From IMG/VR virus record IMGVR_UViG_3300025121_000011, positions 271,170 to 335,169 of that record: 64,000 bases of DNA; one strand, written 5' to 3'. The notes under the pieces were generated by a model that searched no databases, was not told the DNA's origin, and saw nothing but the letters and a program-made list of their open reading frames with translations. Every line of letters begins with the position of its first letter. Position 1 is the first letter of the stretch. The translations under genes were made by a program, and so were the position numbers. Shown here piece by piece: positions 49,013 through 59,116 of the stretch.

Positions 49013-50464
49013 ATGAGTTTTGTAGACGCAATGACTTCTAATGATATGCTTACAGAAAATGGTGCCGTTACTCACAGCACCTCAGGAAAAGCAATTATGG
49101 ATATGTTTTTCCAGATCGGTGGTATGCGTGGCCATAGTGGTGAAGATGTAATTTCTTTATTTACTAAGGCTCTTGGAGAAGATCCTTTAACGGCAATGAA
49201 GATCTTGTTTTATAACCGCGATATTCGTGGTGGACAAGGAGAGCGGCAAACTTTTCGTTATATTATGTCTTATCTTGCTCAGTATCATCCGGAGCTTATT
49301 CGAAAGAATATGCATTTGATTCCGGAATACGGTCGGTGGGATGATATGTTTGTGTTTGTTGGAACCGGATTGGAGAATGATGCTTTTGCTTTAATTCGCA
49401 CTGCATTGCATGAGCAAAACGGTTTAGCCGCAAAGTGGTGTCCTCGTTTGAAGTCTTCTAAAAAGATTTTAGCAGCAAAACTGTGTGCATATCTTGGAAT
49501 GACTCCGAAGCAATATCGTCAAACGCTTGCGAGACTTACCAAGGTTGTTGAAACTCCAATGTGCGCTAATCAGTGGGAAGATATTAACTTTAGTCAGGTC
49601 CCTTCGGTAGCAATGAAAAATTATCGCAAGTCATTTGCGAGACATACTCCCAACGAGTGGGAACAGTATCTTGCTGCTTTAGAAAAGGGCGACCCGGCTG
49701 TTAAGATTAATGCAAGCGCTATTTTCCCACATGACATTATCAAACAGTGGGTTGCTGGTTCAGTCGGTTATTATAGGGTTACATCTCCAGATCGTCAAGA
49801 GATTCGCGCAGCCGAAGCACAGTGGAATGCTTTGCCTGATTATATGGGTGAGAATTCTGGAAAGGTATTGGTTATGGCCGATGTTTCGGGTTCTATGTAT
49901 TCTGGTTTAAATCCCAGTTTAGCTCCAATTCAGGCTTCCGTTTCTTTGGCGCTGTATTGTGCCGAACGATGTAAGGGGCCTTTTAAGAATTTTTACATGA
50001 GTTTTTCTGGAAATCCAGAATTTGTAAAGGTTCAAGGAAGTAATATTTACGAAAAAGTTATTAATATCAACAATAAAAATGTTGGATATAACACTGATAT
50101 TAATCGTGCTTTTGCGGTATTGTTGAGTCGCGCAAAGCAGCACTCTGTTTCACAGGCCGACATGCAAGAAACTTTATTGATTCTTTCAGATATGCAATTT
50201 GATTGCAGCGAAATTAGTGGAAAGACTAATTTTGAAACGATTCGAGATCAGTACCGTGCATCTGGTTATCAACTTCCTCAGATTGTTTTTTGGAATTTGA
50301 ATTCTAAGGGTGGTGTTCCGGTAAAAATAACTGATGATGGAGTAGCTTTAGTGTCCGGGTTTAGCCCAAGTATTCTTACTGCAATCCTGGGTGGAGAAGT
50401 ATCGCCCATGGCAGTTTTGAATAGGGCAATTCATAGTGGACGATATGATGCGGTAACTCTTTGA
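49013..50464 (+). CDS. DUF2828 family protein with C-terminal vWA domain (Ro60/TROVE-like architecture)
   Basis: TENG, RDIRGGQGER, YGRWDD, AAKWCPR; MIDAS DVSGSM; ILSDMQFD, IVFWNL, VSGFSP. Confidence 0.82.
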   Translation: MSFVDAMTSNDMLTENGAVTHSTSGKAIMDMFFQIGGMRGHSGEDVISLFTKALGEDPLTAMKILFYNRDIRGGQGERQTFRYIMSYLAQYHPELIRKNMHLIPEYGRWDDMFVFVGTGLENDAFALIRTALHEQNGLAAKWCPRLKSSKKILAAKLCAYLGMTPKQYRQTLARLTKVVETPMCANQWEDINFSQVPSVAMKNYRKSFARHTPNEWEQYLAALEKGDPAVKINASAIFPHDIIKQWVAGSVGYYRVTSPDRQEIRAAEAQWNALPDYMGENSGKVLVMADVSGSMYSGLNPSLAPIQASVSLALYCAERCKGPFKNFYMSFSGNPEFVKVQGSNIYEKVININNKNVGYNTDINRAFAVLLSRAKQHSVSQADMQETLLILSDMQFDCSEISGKTNFETIRDQYRASGYQLPQIVFWNLNSKGGVPVKITDDGVALVSGFSPSILTAILGGEVSPMAVLNRAIHSGRYDAVTL

Positions 50465-50495
50465 TAAGGGATTGATGTTTATTGAATAAGTTTTA

Positions 50496-50628
50496 AGGAT
50501 ACATTAACAGCAAAACAAAAGACTACATGATGCAATTAATTAGGTCTTCGGATCGGAATTAATATGAGTGGCGGCGGGAAGGCATGACGCCACTCATTAA
50601 AAAAATAAATAGATGTCTATGTATCCTG
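50496..50628 (+). ncRNA. stem-CAGCAA motif RNA, copy f, with an internal hairpin
   Basis: AGGATACAT taa CAGCAA...ATGTATCCT G, enclosing ATGAGTGGCG/CGCCACTCAT. Confidence 0.6.
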
Positions 50629-50656
50629 ATTTTAATATTTTTATATAGAGGAATTA

Positions 50657-51292
50657 ATGCGAATTTGCACCTCAAATCCCGGCAAGGTATCTGAGTTTGG
50701 AGGGCTTCTCGCACCTCTAGATATTAACCTAGATGTGTCTGGAGATTACGATATTCCAGAAACCGGTATAACTTTTGCAGATAACTCGCGAGAAAAAATT
50801 CTGGGTTATGCCAAGCATTATTCTGGAGAATGGTTATTGGCAGATGATTCTGGATTAGTAATTCCAGCTTTAAATAATTTGCCAGGCCCATTTAGCGCGC
50901 GATTTAGTGATCTTGATCTTGATACGTTAATGATTGTATCAAGTGGAGATGATCGAGAAGTAATTGATTTAAAAAATAACAATCGTGTATTAGAGTTACT
51001 TAGTAATATTCCTCACGATAATCGTGGAGCTTACTTTGTGGCTTGTATTACTGTTTTAAATCCAGATGGAAAAGTTTCTTTCCAAGTAGAACGCAGAGCG
51101 TATGGTTATATTTCCAAAGAACTTCGTGGGAAAAATGGATTTGGATATGATCCTCTTTTCATTTCAGATAATAGCTTTGGCAAAACATGGGCAGAAATTG
51201 ATAAGGCTAGAAAGTCTTTAATCAGTCATCGATCTAAAGCTATTTGGGATTTCTTGGCTTGGATCTGCTCTACATCTGAGGTTATTTCATGA
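50657..51292 (+). CDS. rdgB: RdgB/HAM1 non-canonical purine NTP pyrophosphatase
   Basis: TSNPGK, DDSGL, PG..SAR, FGYDP, SHR motifs. Confidence 0.9.
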   Translation: MRICTSNPGKVSEFGGLLAPLDINLDVSGDYDIPETGITFADNSREKILGYAKHYSGEWLLADDSGLVIPALNNLPGPFSARFSDLDLDTLMIVSSGDDREVIDLKNNNRVLELLSNIPHDNRGAYFVACITVLNPDGKVSFQVERRAYGYISKELRGKNGFGYDPLFISDNSFGKTWAEIDKARKSLISHRSKAIWDFLAWICSTSEVIS

Positions 51293-51332
51293 GTATTCAG
51301 TTTACAATTAATGTCGTAGTAACTCGGTTTTA

Positions 51333-51917
51333 ATGATGGAATCAATACTTTTGCATTTTGATTCGGTTATAAATTCAATTAAGATTGGAATGCCAACAGG
51401 TAGGCTCCGTGTGCCAGATATAATTTCTGTGCTTGGCGTCGAACCACCTAAGAGAATTGGGCGTGAATTGTTTCTTGCAAGTGGGCGATTTGTTTATTTT
51501 TATTCTAGAACAAAAGTTTATCCACAAATGGTTGCCATGAATGATCTTGATGTGGCCTTTGTTGGGTCGGACGCCTTAGAGGCTGGTCCTTATGCTCAAC
51601 AGTGTAATGTTGTTTGGTCAGAGCTACAGCAAGGCGTAAGAGTAGTCCTGGCTGGCTCTACACAAATCTCTAAGGGTAAGCTGCTCCGAGTAGTTACCCC
51701 ATTTCCAGAATGGGCTCAGAAGGTCATTGGCGAGCTAGGAATTCCTCATACGATTTACGCAGTAACGGGCGGATCAGAGGGTTTGGTTGCTCATGGTTTG
51801 GCTGATGCCGTATTTGATATTGTTGAGACTGGAGAAACATTAAGAGATAATGGATTGGAAATTTTAATGGATTTCGGACAACTTCATACATGCTGTATTG
51901 TTAAGAGTAAGCCATGA
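51333..51917 (+). CDS. hisG: ATP phosphoribosyltransferase (short form, divergent)
   Basis: PTGRL, D.AFVG.D, G..E and ADAVFDIVETGETLRDNGL motifs. Confidence 0.8.
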   Translation: MMESILLHFDSVINSIKIGMPTGRLRVPDIISVLGVEPPKRIGRELFLASGRFVYFYSRTKVYPQMVAMNDLDVAFVGSDALEAGPYAQQCNVVWSELQQGVRVVLAGSTQISKGKLLRVVTPFPEWAQKVIGELGIPHTIYAVTGGSEGLVAHGLADAVFDIVETGETLRDNGLEILMDFGQLHTCCIVKSKP

Positions 51918-52798
51918 TTGAACTAGATTCTATGACGATGGATACATTTCGCCAACAACCATTAGTAGTAGAAGGTGAAAGCAAAGAAATTAGAGAGCAT
52001 CCAGAAGATCCAGAAAAAGTATTAATTTGGTTAAAGCCCACAATCTATAGCTTCACAGAAAATCGTTGTGCTTGGGTCGAAGGATCAAATCTTTTGAGAG
52101 CAAGAGCTATGAAAATCATTGTTCCTTTATTGCAAAGTAAAGGAATAGATCATGCTTATCAAGATATTTCCGATGTAACTGGTTTGATTTCGGCCAGAAA
52201 AATCCATCCGTCAGAAGACCCAAATGTAGAGGTAATCGTAAAGAGATTTAATAGTGGCACATCTTATCATCGTTATTATGGAATGGCGGCTAAGCCAACG
52301 AGGGGATCTCATAAGTTATGGCCCGGGGAAGTTGTTGGAAAGTATGAGCCATATCGTGGACCAAAGATTAGGTTTGACTGGAGGAATCCATTCTGGATTC
52401 CAGAATTAGTAATGAAGCTTCGTAAGACTAATCCGTTACTTCCAGCGGAAGTTTATAAGTGGCCTGATGAATTGCGTCAAGGCATTATGATGCGTGATGA
52501 AGTCTTGGGAGAGGATTTTGCTTCCGAGCTAATTGATACAAAGCAAGCTAGGAAAACTGCTCTATGGACATATGCAGTTTTACAAAATTATATGGGTGAA
52601 AGAAATATCGTTATATATGATATGTGTTTGTTTATTACATCAGATGGTAAAACTGTATATGGTGAAATCAATCAAGACTCTGGACGATTTAGACATTTAG
52701 ATTATGGAATGTTGGATAAGGATGTCTGGAGAGCAGGAGGCTCCATTGGAGATGTTTTAGAAAAATGGCAGATGCTAACTGTTATGTTACAAGAATAA
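51914..52798 (+). CDS. purC: SAICAR synthetase (PurC)-like protein, divergent
   Basis: EGESKEI, VEVIVK...GT, GEINQDSGR, LDKDVWR. Confidence 0.65.
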   Translation: MIELDSMTMDTFRQQPLVVEGESKEIREHPEDPEKVLIWLKPTIYSFTENRCAWVEGSNLLRARAMKIIVPLLQSKGIDHAYQDISDVTGLISARKIHPSEDPNVEVIVKRFNSGTSYHRYYGMAAKPTRGSHKLWPGEVVGKYEPYRGPKIRFDWRNPFWIPELVMKLRKTNPLLPAEVYKWPDELRQGIMMRDEVLGEDFASELIDTKQARKTALWTYAVLQNYMGERNIVIYDMCLFITSDGKTVYGEINQDSGRFRHLDYGMLDKDVWRAGGSIGDVLEKWQMLTVMLQE

Positions 52799-52818
52799 TG
52801 ACAGAAGGTTTGTGAAAT

Positions 52819-54066
52819 ATGATTATACCAAGTATTGATATTCAGGGCGGCAAAGTAGTTCAGCTTATTGAGGGCAGGGAGTTAGCATTAACTGTAGATG
52901 TTCCATACGCTTTAGCTGAAAAGTTTTCTCGCGTTGGAGAGTTTGCTGTTATAGATTTAGACGCTGCTATGGGTTTGGGTAATAATCGAGAGATTGTAGA
53001 ATCTTTAGTAAGAAAATATCCAGTTAGAGTTGGTGGTGGTATTAGGAATATATCAGATGCATTATATTGGTTAAATGCCGGGGCGTCAAAGATTATTATT
53101 GGAACCGCCGCTGTTCCAAATTTTATTTCACAACTTCCTCGTGATCGAATTATTGTAGCTTTAGATTCTTATAATGACGATGTTGTTATAAATGGTTGGA
53201 CTACAAGAACTGGACGTAATGTTGCCCAAGCTATGCAAGATGTTTTACCATATACATCTGGATTCTTAATTACTTTTGTAGAGAAAGAAGGAAGGTTAGA
53301 TGGCACAAACTTAGACAGGACTAAGTTTTTAGTTGATGCCGCAAATGGTGCGCGCATCACTTTTGCAGGAGGAATTACAACTGCTAATGATATAGCATAT
53401 CTAGATTCTATTGGTGCCGATTCGCAGGTCGGAATGGCTCTTTACACTGGAAAGCTTTTATTATCGGAAGGGTTCGCTTCTGTTTTGAAAAGTGATCGAA
53501 GCGATGGACTTTGGCCAACAGTTGTTCAAGATGAATCTGGAGTATTAGGTTTAGTATATTCAAATCAAGAAAGTCTTCATACATCAATTGAATCTGGTGA
53601 AGGTGTATATTGGTCAAGAAGAACCGGTTTATGGAAGAAGGGAAACTTTTCTGGCAATACACAATCAATAGTAAATATTAAAGTAGATTGTGATCGAGAT
53701 GCTTTGCTTTTTACAGTAAAGCAGCATGGTGAGGGATTCTGTCATACCGGTTCTTATCAATGTTTTAATTCAATGGATGCACTATTTGAACTTGAACAAA
53801 CATTAGAGCGCAAGAAACATTCTAATGATTTAGAATCTTATACATATAACTTATTTGAGCAATCAAATATCTTAAGAAATAAGATCATGGAAGAGGCGGC
53901 TGAATTATGTGACGCCCATAGTAATAGTGAGGTTATTCATGAGGCGGCAGATCTGATATATTTTATGATGACTTATCTTTCTTTACATGATGTAACTTTA
54001 GCTGATATTAAGAAAGAAATTAAACGTCGGTCATTAGTGATTGCAAGAAGGAAAAGTAAAGAGTGA
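52819..54066 (+). CDS. hisA: HisA-HisI-HisE fusion (ProFAR isomerase, PR-AMP cyclohydrolase, PR-ATP pyrophosphatase)
   Basis: IIPSIDIQGGKVVQL, VGGGIR; YWSRR...DCDRDALL...CHTG...C; KIMEEAAE...EAADL. Confidence 0.85.
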   Translation: MIIPSIDIQGGKVVQLIEGRELALTVDVPYALAEKFSRVGEFAVIDLDAAMGLGNNREIVESLVRKYPVRVGGGIRNISDALYWLNAGASKIIIGTAAVPNFISQLPRDRIIVALDSYNDDVVINGWTTRTGRNVAQAMQDVLPYTSGFLITFVEKEGRLDGTNLDRTKFLVDAANGARITFAGGITTANDIAYLDSIGADSQVGMALYTGKLLLSEGFASVLKSDRSDGLWPTVVQDESGVLGLVYSNQESLHTSIESGEGVYWSRRTGLWKKGNFSGNTQSIVNIKVDCDRDALLFTVKQHGEGFCHTGSYQCFNSMDALFELEQTLERKKHSNDLESYTYNLFEQSNILRNKIMEEAAELCDAHSNSEVIHEAADLIYFMMTYLSLHDVTLADIKKEIKRRSLVIARRKSKE

Positions 54067-54683
54067 CCAAGCCTTCCGAGGTTAGCTAAATTCTTTTGTT
54101 TCAAATATTGGAGAAATCTTATGAATAGCAGCGTGTTATATGCTCCAAGTCTTATTAGATTAGTGCGAGTTTTAAACTCGCAAACCAGTTCTTATAACTA
54201 TATTGATATGACAAAAGATAAGTGGGCGGAGCAAGGATATGTTGAGTGGAGTACTAGGTTAAGACTATTACAGTATAATAAAAAGTCTAGATGGTGTGGG
54301 CCAAATATTAGAGTGGTTATACCTGTTCGTAAAATAGCTCTAGACCGAAAGATAGCATACGATGAGGGACTTGTTGCCGGTGGCAACATTGTAGTGGCTG
54401 AACGTACAAGAGTATCCAAGATTCAGCAAAATTATAATTATGAAAATAATAAATATAAGCCTATCATACAGGAACTTTATACAATTGAGTTGCCACCAAA
54501 ATCCTCTAGTGGTGAGCTTTATAATGCTATTATGACTCTTAGAGAGGCAACGGGAAGGCCAATGGAAAAGCCTTGGTGGAATAAACATAAAAATTATATG
54601 TTGAATGATCATCTAACTTATTTAATCAGCCAAATATCTTAAGAGATAAGATCATGGAAGAGGAGGCTGAATTATGTGACGCC
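53864..54683 (+). repeat. 53-bp direct repeat (53864-53916 and 54631-54683)
   Basis: 51/53 identical. Confidence 0.8.
54121..54642 (+). CDS. hypothetical protein
   Basis: GGAG RBS. Confidence 0.65.
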   Translation: MNSSVLYAPSLIRLVRVLNSQTSSYNYIDMTKDKWAEQGYVEWSTRLRLLQYNKKSRWCGPNIRVVIPVRKIALDRKIAYDEGLVAGGNIVVAERTRVSKIQQNYNYENNKYKPIIQELYTIELPPKSSSGELYNAIMTLREATGRPMEKPWWNKHKNYMLNDHLTYLISQIS

Positions 54684-54778
54684 GGAGCCACCAACTTAAA
54701 AATATTTTCAAGCAAGAAATATAGGAAAGCGTCATATTTGATGATTCCGTTATCAATCGTGTAAGAGGAGAAGCTAAA

Positions 54779-55051
54779 ATGTCTTTGCCAAATTTCGATC
54801 AAGAATGTTATATAATTATTACATTAAAGAGCAGAACGGTTCATCATGAAGAGAGAGATTATGGCGAGTCATGGGGTCCGATGCCAGCGCATAACAGCAT
54901 CGAAGAATATTTACATACAGAAATGTATACAAGTAAACCTAAGTGGTTGGATGACCTAAAGAAGATTGAAGCGTCCGGCAGCGAATACTATGCCGGGATA
55001 TGTTCGCCAGTTGAAGTAAGATTCAGTATAACTCCAACAAAGGATATTTAA
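54779..55051 (+). CDS. hypothetical protein
   Basis: GAGGAG RBS. Confidence 0.6.
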   Translation: MSLPNFDQECYIIITLKSRTVHHEERDYGESWGPMPAHNSIEEYLHTEMYTSKPKWLDDLKKIEASGSEYYAGICSPVEVRFSITPTKDI

Positions 55052-55052
55052 A

Positions 55053-56156
55053 ATGTCTTTTATTCCGTTGATGACTGCTCTGGAGACTTCTGAATGGAAA
55101 TATCGCATTAAGGCACCTTCACAACTTATATGTGAGGAACCATATAAGGCGGCTAAAATTGTGCGATCTATGTATCGCGCTAGATTGATTGAACTTGCTA
55201 AAGAAAGACCGCACGAATATCTTGCAAATCTAATTGTGTTGATTTCTTCAAGGGTTACAAGGGGTCAAGTAAAGCTTGAGTTGGCATACAGTGAATATGA
55301 CGTTAATGATGTAACGACATGGAATACTCCGGAGGGACGATGGTGGACGGATAAGTTTCTAGAAGCTGTGGCCAATATGCCTCTTAATTATGCTATGAGT
55401 GCTGCTATCAGATATCTACGAGGAAATGGTAAGCAGGCAAAGATAAAGAGTCCTGGCGTTGGTATTATGTCCGCTGATACTGGTTGGAAAAACAGTGAAG
55501 TATCTAGGCTAACTGACATTTTTTTTAGTGGAGATTTTGGGGCGCCTTGTTATGATCCGGAATATATCGGGAATTATAGTGAGTTTAATTACACATGCAC
55601 AGCAGAAGAATTAGATGCTATGTGGGAAAAGGGAGTTAATATGTTTGCCCTTATGAGGGCAGAGAAAGATTTGAATTTTATTGCAGAGCTTCGTTCAATG
55701 TTGAAGTCTTTGGGCATGACTGCTCCCGCTCCTTTGAAAACAAAAGCTTTACCGAAGCCACGCAAAGTAAAGCAGTACTCTGTTGGTGATAAACTTGTTA
55801 AAAGTTCGCTTAGGGATCTTCCGGATGGAACAATTATTGTAAATAATAATGGTCCAATTAAATATCGATGTGCGACTCAAGAAGCTTGGGATGTTGGGTG
55901 GGGAACGGCAAATAAGAAAAACATTTGTGTGAAATGTAAGGATGATCTAAACTTTTACCATGAAACTGCACCTGGTTTGGGAGTTAAGTATCAACAGCCG
56001 TATATTTGGCGTCCATGTTTTGACAAGCATGATAAAGTTATTTGTAGGGTAGAGGATCCTACGGCTGATTCTAAAAGTTATTTTAAGGTTCTAAATGTTA
56101 CCGCTAATTTTATTAGCAACGGGTTTGTTGTGGTAACCCTACCACAAAAGCATTAA
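55053..56156 (+). CDS. hypothetical protein
   Basis: 367-aa ORF; AAGGA RBS. Confidence 0.75.
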   Translation: MSFIPLMTALETSEWKYRIKAPSQLICEEPYKAAKIVRSMYRARLIELAKERPHEYLANLIVLISSRVTRGQVKLELAYSEYDVNDVTTWNTPEGRWWTDKFLEAVANMPLNYAMSAAIRYLRGNGKQAKIKSPGVGIMSADTGWKNSEVSRLTDIFFSGDFGAPCYDPEYIGNYSEFNYTCTAEELDAMWEKGVNMFALMRAEKDLNFIAELRSMLKSLGMTAPAPLKTKALPKPRKVKQYSVGDKLVKSSLRDLPDGTIIVNNNGPIKYRCATQEAWDVGWGTANKKNICVKCKDDLNFYHETAPGLGVKYQQPYIWRPCFDKHDKVICRVEDPTADSKSYFKVLNVTANFISNGFVVVTLPQKH

Positions 56157-56188
56157 AAACTCAATGATAGAGGGCGCTATTAGCGGAG

Positions 56189-56779
56189 ATGCTTAAAAAA
56201 TTGACGCCAGAAGAATTTATACGGTTTGTTAATCCTGATCCATCCTTATCTTTAAGGATATCTATGATGATGGCGGAAGGTGTAATTGATTTTTATTACA
56301 TTAGATATCCACACAATCAACTTCCCAAACAATTGATGAAACAATGTCAAGATATATTAAGTAGTAAGCATATTAATATGTATGGCCAATTATATGAAAT
56401 GGAATTAACAGAACATAATGCGGTGCAATTTGCAGAAGATCATCCATTTGATACAATAAGCGTTCAAGCAGCACAAGCAGCTAAGGTTATTACATCAGTT
56501 TGTTCTGTTTCCTGCTATGCTAGTGAGTATCTGGTTACGAAGCCGAATATTTATTTGTATAATGCATGTTCTTATTATGTCGCGTATACTGTGCAATTGG
56601 CTACAGATCTTATTGATACGGAATCAATGATTGCATATTTAATTCCTGAAATTATTGATTACGCTATTAAAAATGAAGTGAGGATGTTTTCTGGGATAGG
56701 AGATTTTTCTAAATTTTTTGACACTTTATCTCCAGAGTTAAAAGATAAAGTAGTTTACAATATTAATTTATTTGGATAA
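56189..56779 (+). CDS. diverged member of the Imm5-like family
   Basis: FVNP, LIPEIIDYAIKNEVRMFSGIGDFSKFF...VVYN; lacks the Ala-rich tract. Confidence 0.7.
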   Translation: MLKKLTPEEFIRFVNPDPSLSLRISMMMAEGVIDFYYIRYPHNQLPKQLMKQCQDILSSKHINMYGQLYEMELTEHNAVQFAEDHPFDTISVQAAQAAKVITSVCSVSCYASEYLVTKPNIYLYNACSYYVAYTVQLATDLIDTESMIAYLIPEIIDYAIKNEVRMFSGIGDFSKFFDTLSPELKDKVVYNINLFG

Positions 56780-56901
56780 ATAAAATGATTATTTTGAGTA
56801 TCGAAAGCAAAATAAAGTTCTATTAAAGCTGGAACAAATGGGTAAGATATAAAAAAATAATATAACGTAATATAAGCTTGGATTATGAAACAAAATAAAA
56901 T

Positions 56902-56988
56902 GGCCGAGTGGCGGAGTAGGTAGACGCGCCAGACTCAAAATCTGGTTCTCAAAAGGGAGTGAGGGTTCGATTCCCTCCTCGGCCACCA
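56902..56988 (+). tRNA. tRNA-Leu(CAA)
   Basis: CCAGA-ctCAAaa-TCTGG; long variable arm; ends ACCA. Confidence 0.95.
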
Positions 56989-57183
56989 TTTTCTTTTTCA
57001 ATAGGTTAGCTTTGATAAAGCAGCTTCTATAAGCCAAATAATTATTTTAATTACATATGGCAATCGATGTAGATGTGGTGATGAAGTTGTTGGTAAAGAG
57101 GTTATGTTATGATATCTCAATAAAACTTTTATTCGCCAACGATGAAGATATTATTAAATATGTAATAAAGTATCGGAGAAATA

Positions 57184-57576
57184 ATGATGAAGACTGATTC
57201 TATAAAAAGATACCAAGACTGTGGGATTCTAGAAAAGATTTATCGACGCCGATACTATTTGGGGATTCCATATCATACGCTAAGTATGTGGATTAAAAAT
57301 AAATTCGCTGAAGAAGATTCAGAAGAAGATTTAGGCATTTTTTGGTCTATTTCAATCGGCTTAGCTCAGTTTAAAATGCACTGGTATTATACATTTGAAG
57401 AGGCGGGAGAATATTTTCGAAATTCCTCGGCGGCAAAAATCTCACCCACACGACGCTTTTTTAGATACTTTGTTGATTTATTCCGTAAGGAAGTAGTAGA
57501 GGAAGAGGAAATGGTAGTAGAGGAAGACAAGATAGATGTTTCCGATACAGAACGACACGAAGAGTTCCTATCTTAA
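57184..57576 (+). CDS. hypothetical protein
   Basis: GGAG RBS. Confidence 0.6.
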   Translation: MMKTDSIKRYQDCGILEKIYRRRYYLGIPYHTLSMWIKNKFAEEDSEEDLGIFWSISIGLAQFKMHWYYTFEEAGEYFRNSSAAKISPTRRFFRYFVDLFRKEVVEEEEMVVEEDKIDVSDTERHEEFLS

Positions 57577-57651
57577 TAAAAAAAGATCCAAGGTAAGAAG
57601 ATTGTAGAAATAGTTATTGTCTGCATTTTATTAGCTGTCTTTGTTTTATAT

Positions 57652-57726
57652 GGGCTCATAGTGAAAGGGATATCACAAGAAACTTCTAATTTCTAGTTCC
57701 AAGTTCGAATCTTGGTGGGCCTACCA
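57652..57726 (+). tRNA. tRNA-Arg(TCT)
   Basis: AGAAA-ctTCTaa-TTTCT; ends ACCA. Confidence 0.9.
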
Positions 57727-57744
57727 TTTATTGGAGATAATTAA

Positions 57745-58161
57745 GTGAATAAACGAAGTTGGATCATTTCTAATTCTGGCGAATGGAAAGCTATGCGTCA
57801 AGAAATGATTAAAGAATTGGAATCATCTTTAGAAACAGGAGAGGTTTATATTTTTAGTATCAGTCCTTGGATTAATGATGGAAGAAGGTTTGAGACTAGA
57901 AAGAAGAAGGATAGAACAATTCTTTATCTTGATATTCCATGTCCAATGGGTGAGGTTGTTGAAATTAATGGTGAGAAGAATATTGGCAATTTATTTTCAG
58001 TATTAGAGGACTTTAAAAGATATTATGTGAAACATGAGAAGCGAATAAGTTATTTGGTATCTGTTACGGATATCAAATATACCTCATGGTCAGAGGCTAC
58101 AGTGATTGGTCGAACAAGAAATGTATTGGTTTCTGGAACTATCTTGGAATATAAGGAGTAA
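57745..58161 (+). CDS. hypothetical protein
   Basis: GGAG RBS; GTG start. Confidence 0.6.
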   Translation: MNKRSWIISNSGEWKAMRQEMIKELESSLETGEVYIFSISPWINDGRRFETRKKKDRTILYLDIPCPMGEVVEINGEKNIGNLFSVLEDFKRYYVKHEKRISYLVSVTDIKYTSWSEATVIGRTRNVLVSGTILEYKE

Positions 58162-58231
58162 ATGTATCAATGGATTATGTTTGGATGTAAAAGATAACCA
58201 TGATAAGGAGCGTAAAAGTTATTAATGAAAA

Positions 58232-58606
58232 ATGTTTATTCCAGAAATTGGTGATGAGATTCAGCTTACTGAAGATTGGAATTTTAATCTTTATTTAGAG
58301 TCTCGTAATGAATCTTTGATTTCTTATTTAGGATTAAGTGAAGAGAGTTTTCCAAAACAAATCGGGAAATATTGGGAACCAAATTTTAAAATGGTATATA
58401 TATCAGCGAGTCTTCCTGCTGGTTCTATTTTTAGAATAGATCGAATTTATATTAGAAAAGGTCGTAGTGAATTTAGCTCCATTTCTTTTATCATGCAAGG
58501 AGTGACAACACAGAAATCTTATTCGTCTGATAAGACAAAAGAAATTCGTGTACGATTTTGGGCGAAACTTTCTGATATTAATCAGATTAATTTTAAATTT
58601 CTATAA
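58232..58606 (+). CDS. phage hypothetical protein
   Basis: IPEIGD...DW.F.L..E.RN...IDRIYIRKG...RFWAKL. Confidence 0.65.
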   Translation: MFIPEIGDEIQLTEDWNFNLYLESRNESLISYLGLSEESFPKQIGKYWEPNFKMVYISASLPAGSIFRIDRIYIRKGRSEFSSISFIMQGVTTQKSYSSDKTKEIRVRFWAKLSDINQINFKFL

Positions 58607-58840
58607 ATAATAGGAGAAGTTGTGATTCCTTACAGGGTGACGTTTAAATTAGAAGATCATGAATCTGTTGATGTAGAATATATTGTAGAAGAATTAGAGC
58701 ATCTTCTTGAAGATTGGTGTGAGAAATTGAATACATTGAATATTAAAATTAGATTTAATCCTGAATCGTTAACTGTTATTGATATGCCACTTGTCAAGTA
58801 ATAGCACATATATACATATATGTGTGCGCAAATTGATTAT

Positions 58841-58917
58841 TCCCACTTAGTTCAGTTGGTTAGAACATCTGACTGTTAATCAGAGGGTCCACAGTTCAAG
58901 TCTGTGAGTGGGAGCCA
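58841..58917 (+). tRNA. tRNA-Asn(GTT)
   Basis: TCTGA-ctGTTaa-TCAGA; ends GCCA. Confidence 0.93.
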
Positions 58918-59049
58918 TAATAAATTTAAATGTTCTCAGAGTAAAAGCATGGCTTTTTAGCCAGGAAATTAACCTGAAAGATGGTTAGTCACAATCTAAC
59001 CTTTATTATCTTATAATTATAAGAATTTGTTAAAAAGTAAGTTGAATAT

Positions 59050-59112
59050 GGATGTTAACAGCAAGTTAAAAACTCTTTGATTCATTCTCAAAATAAGTAA
59101 ATATACATCCTG
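59050..59112 (+). ncRNA. stem-CAGCAA motif RNA, copy g, just 5' of tRNA-Glu
   Basis: GGATGT taa CAGCAA...ACATCC TG. Confidence 0.55.
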
Positions 59113-59116
59113 TTTT

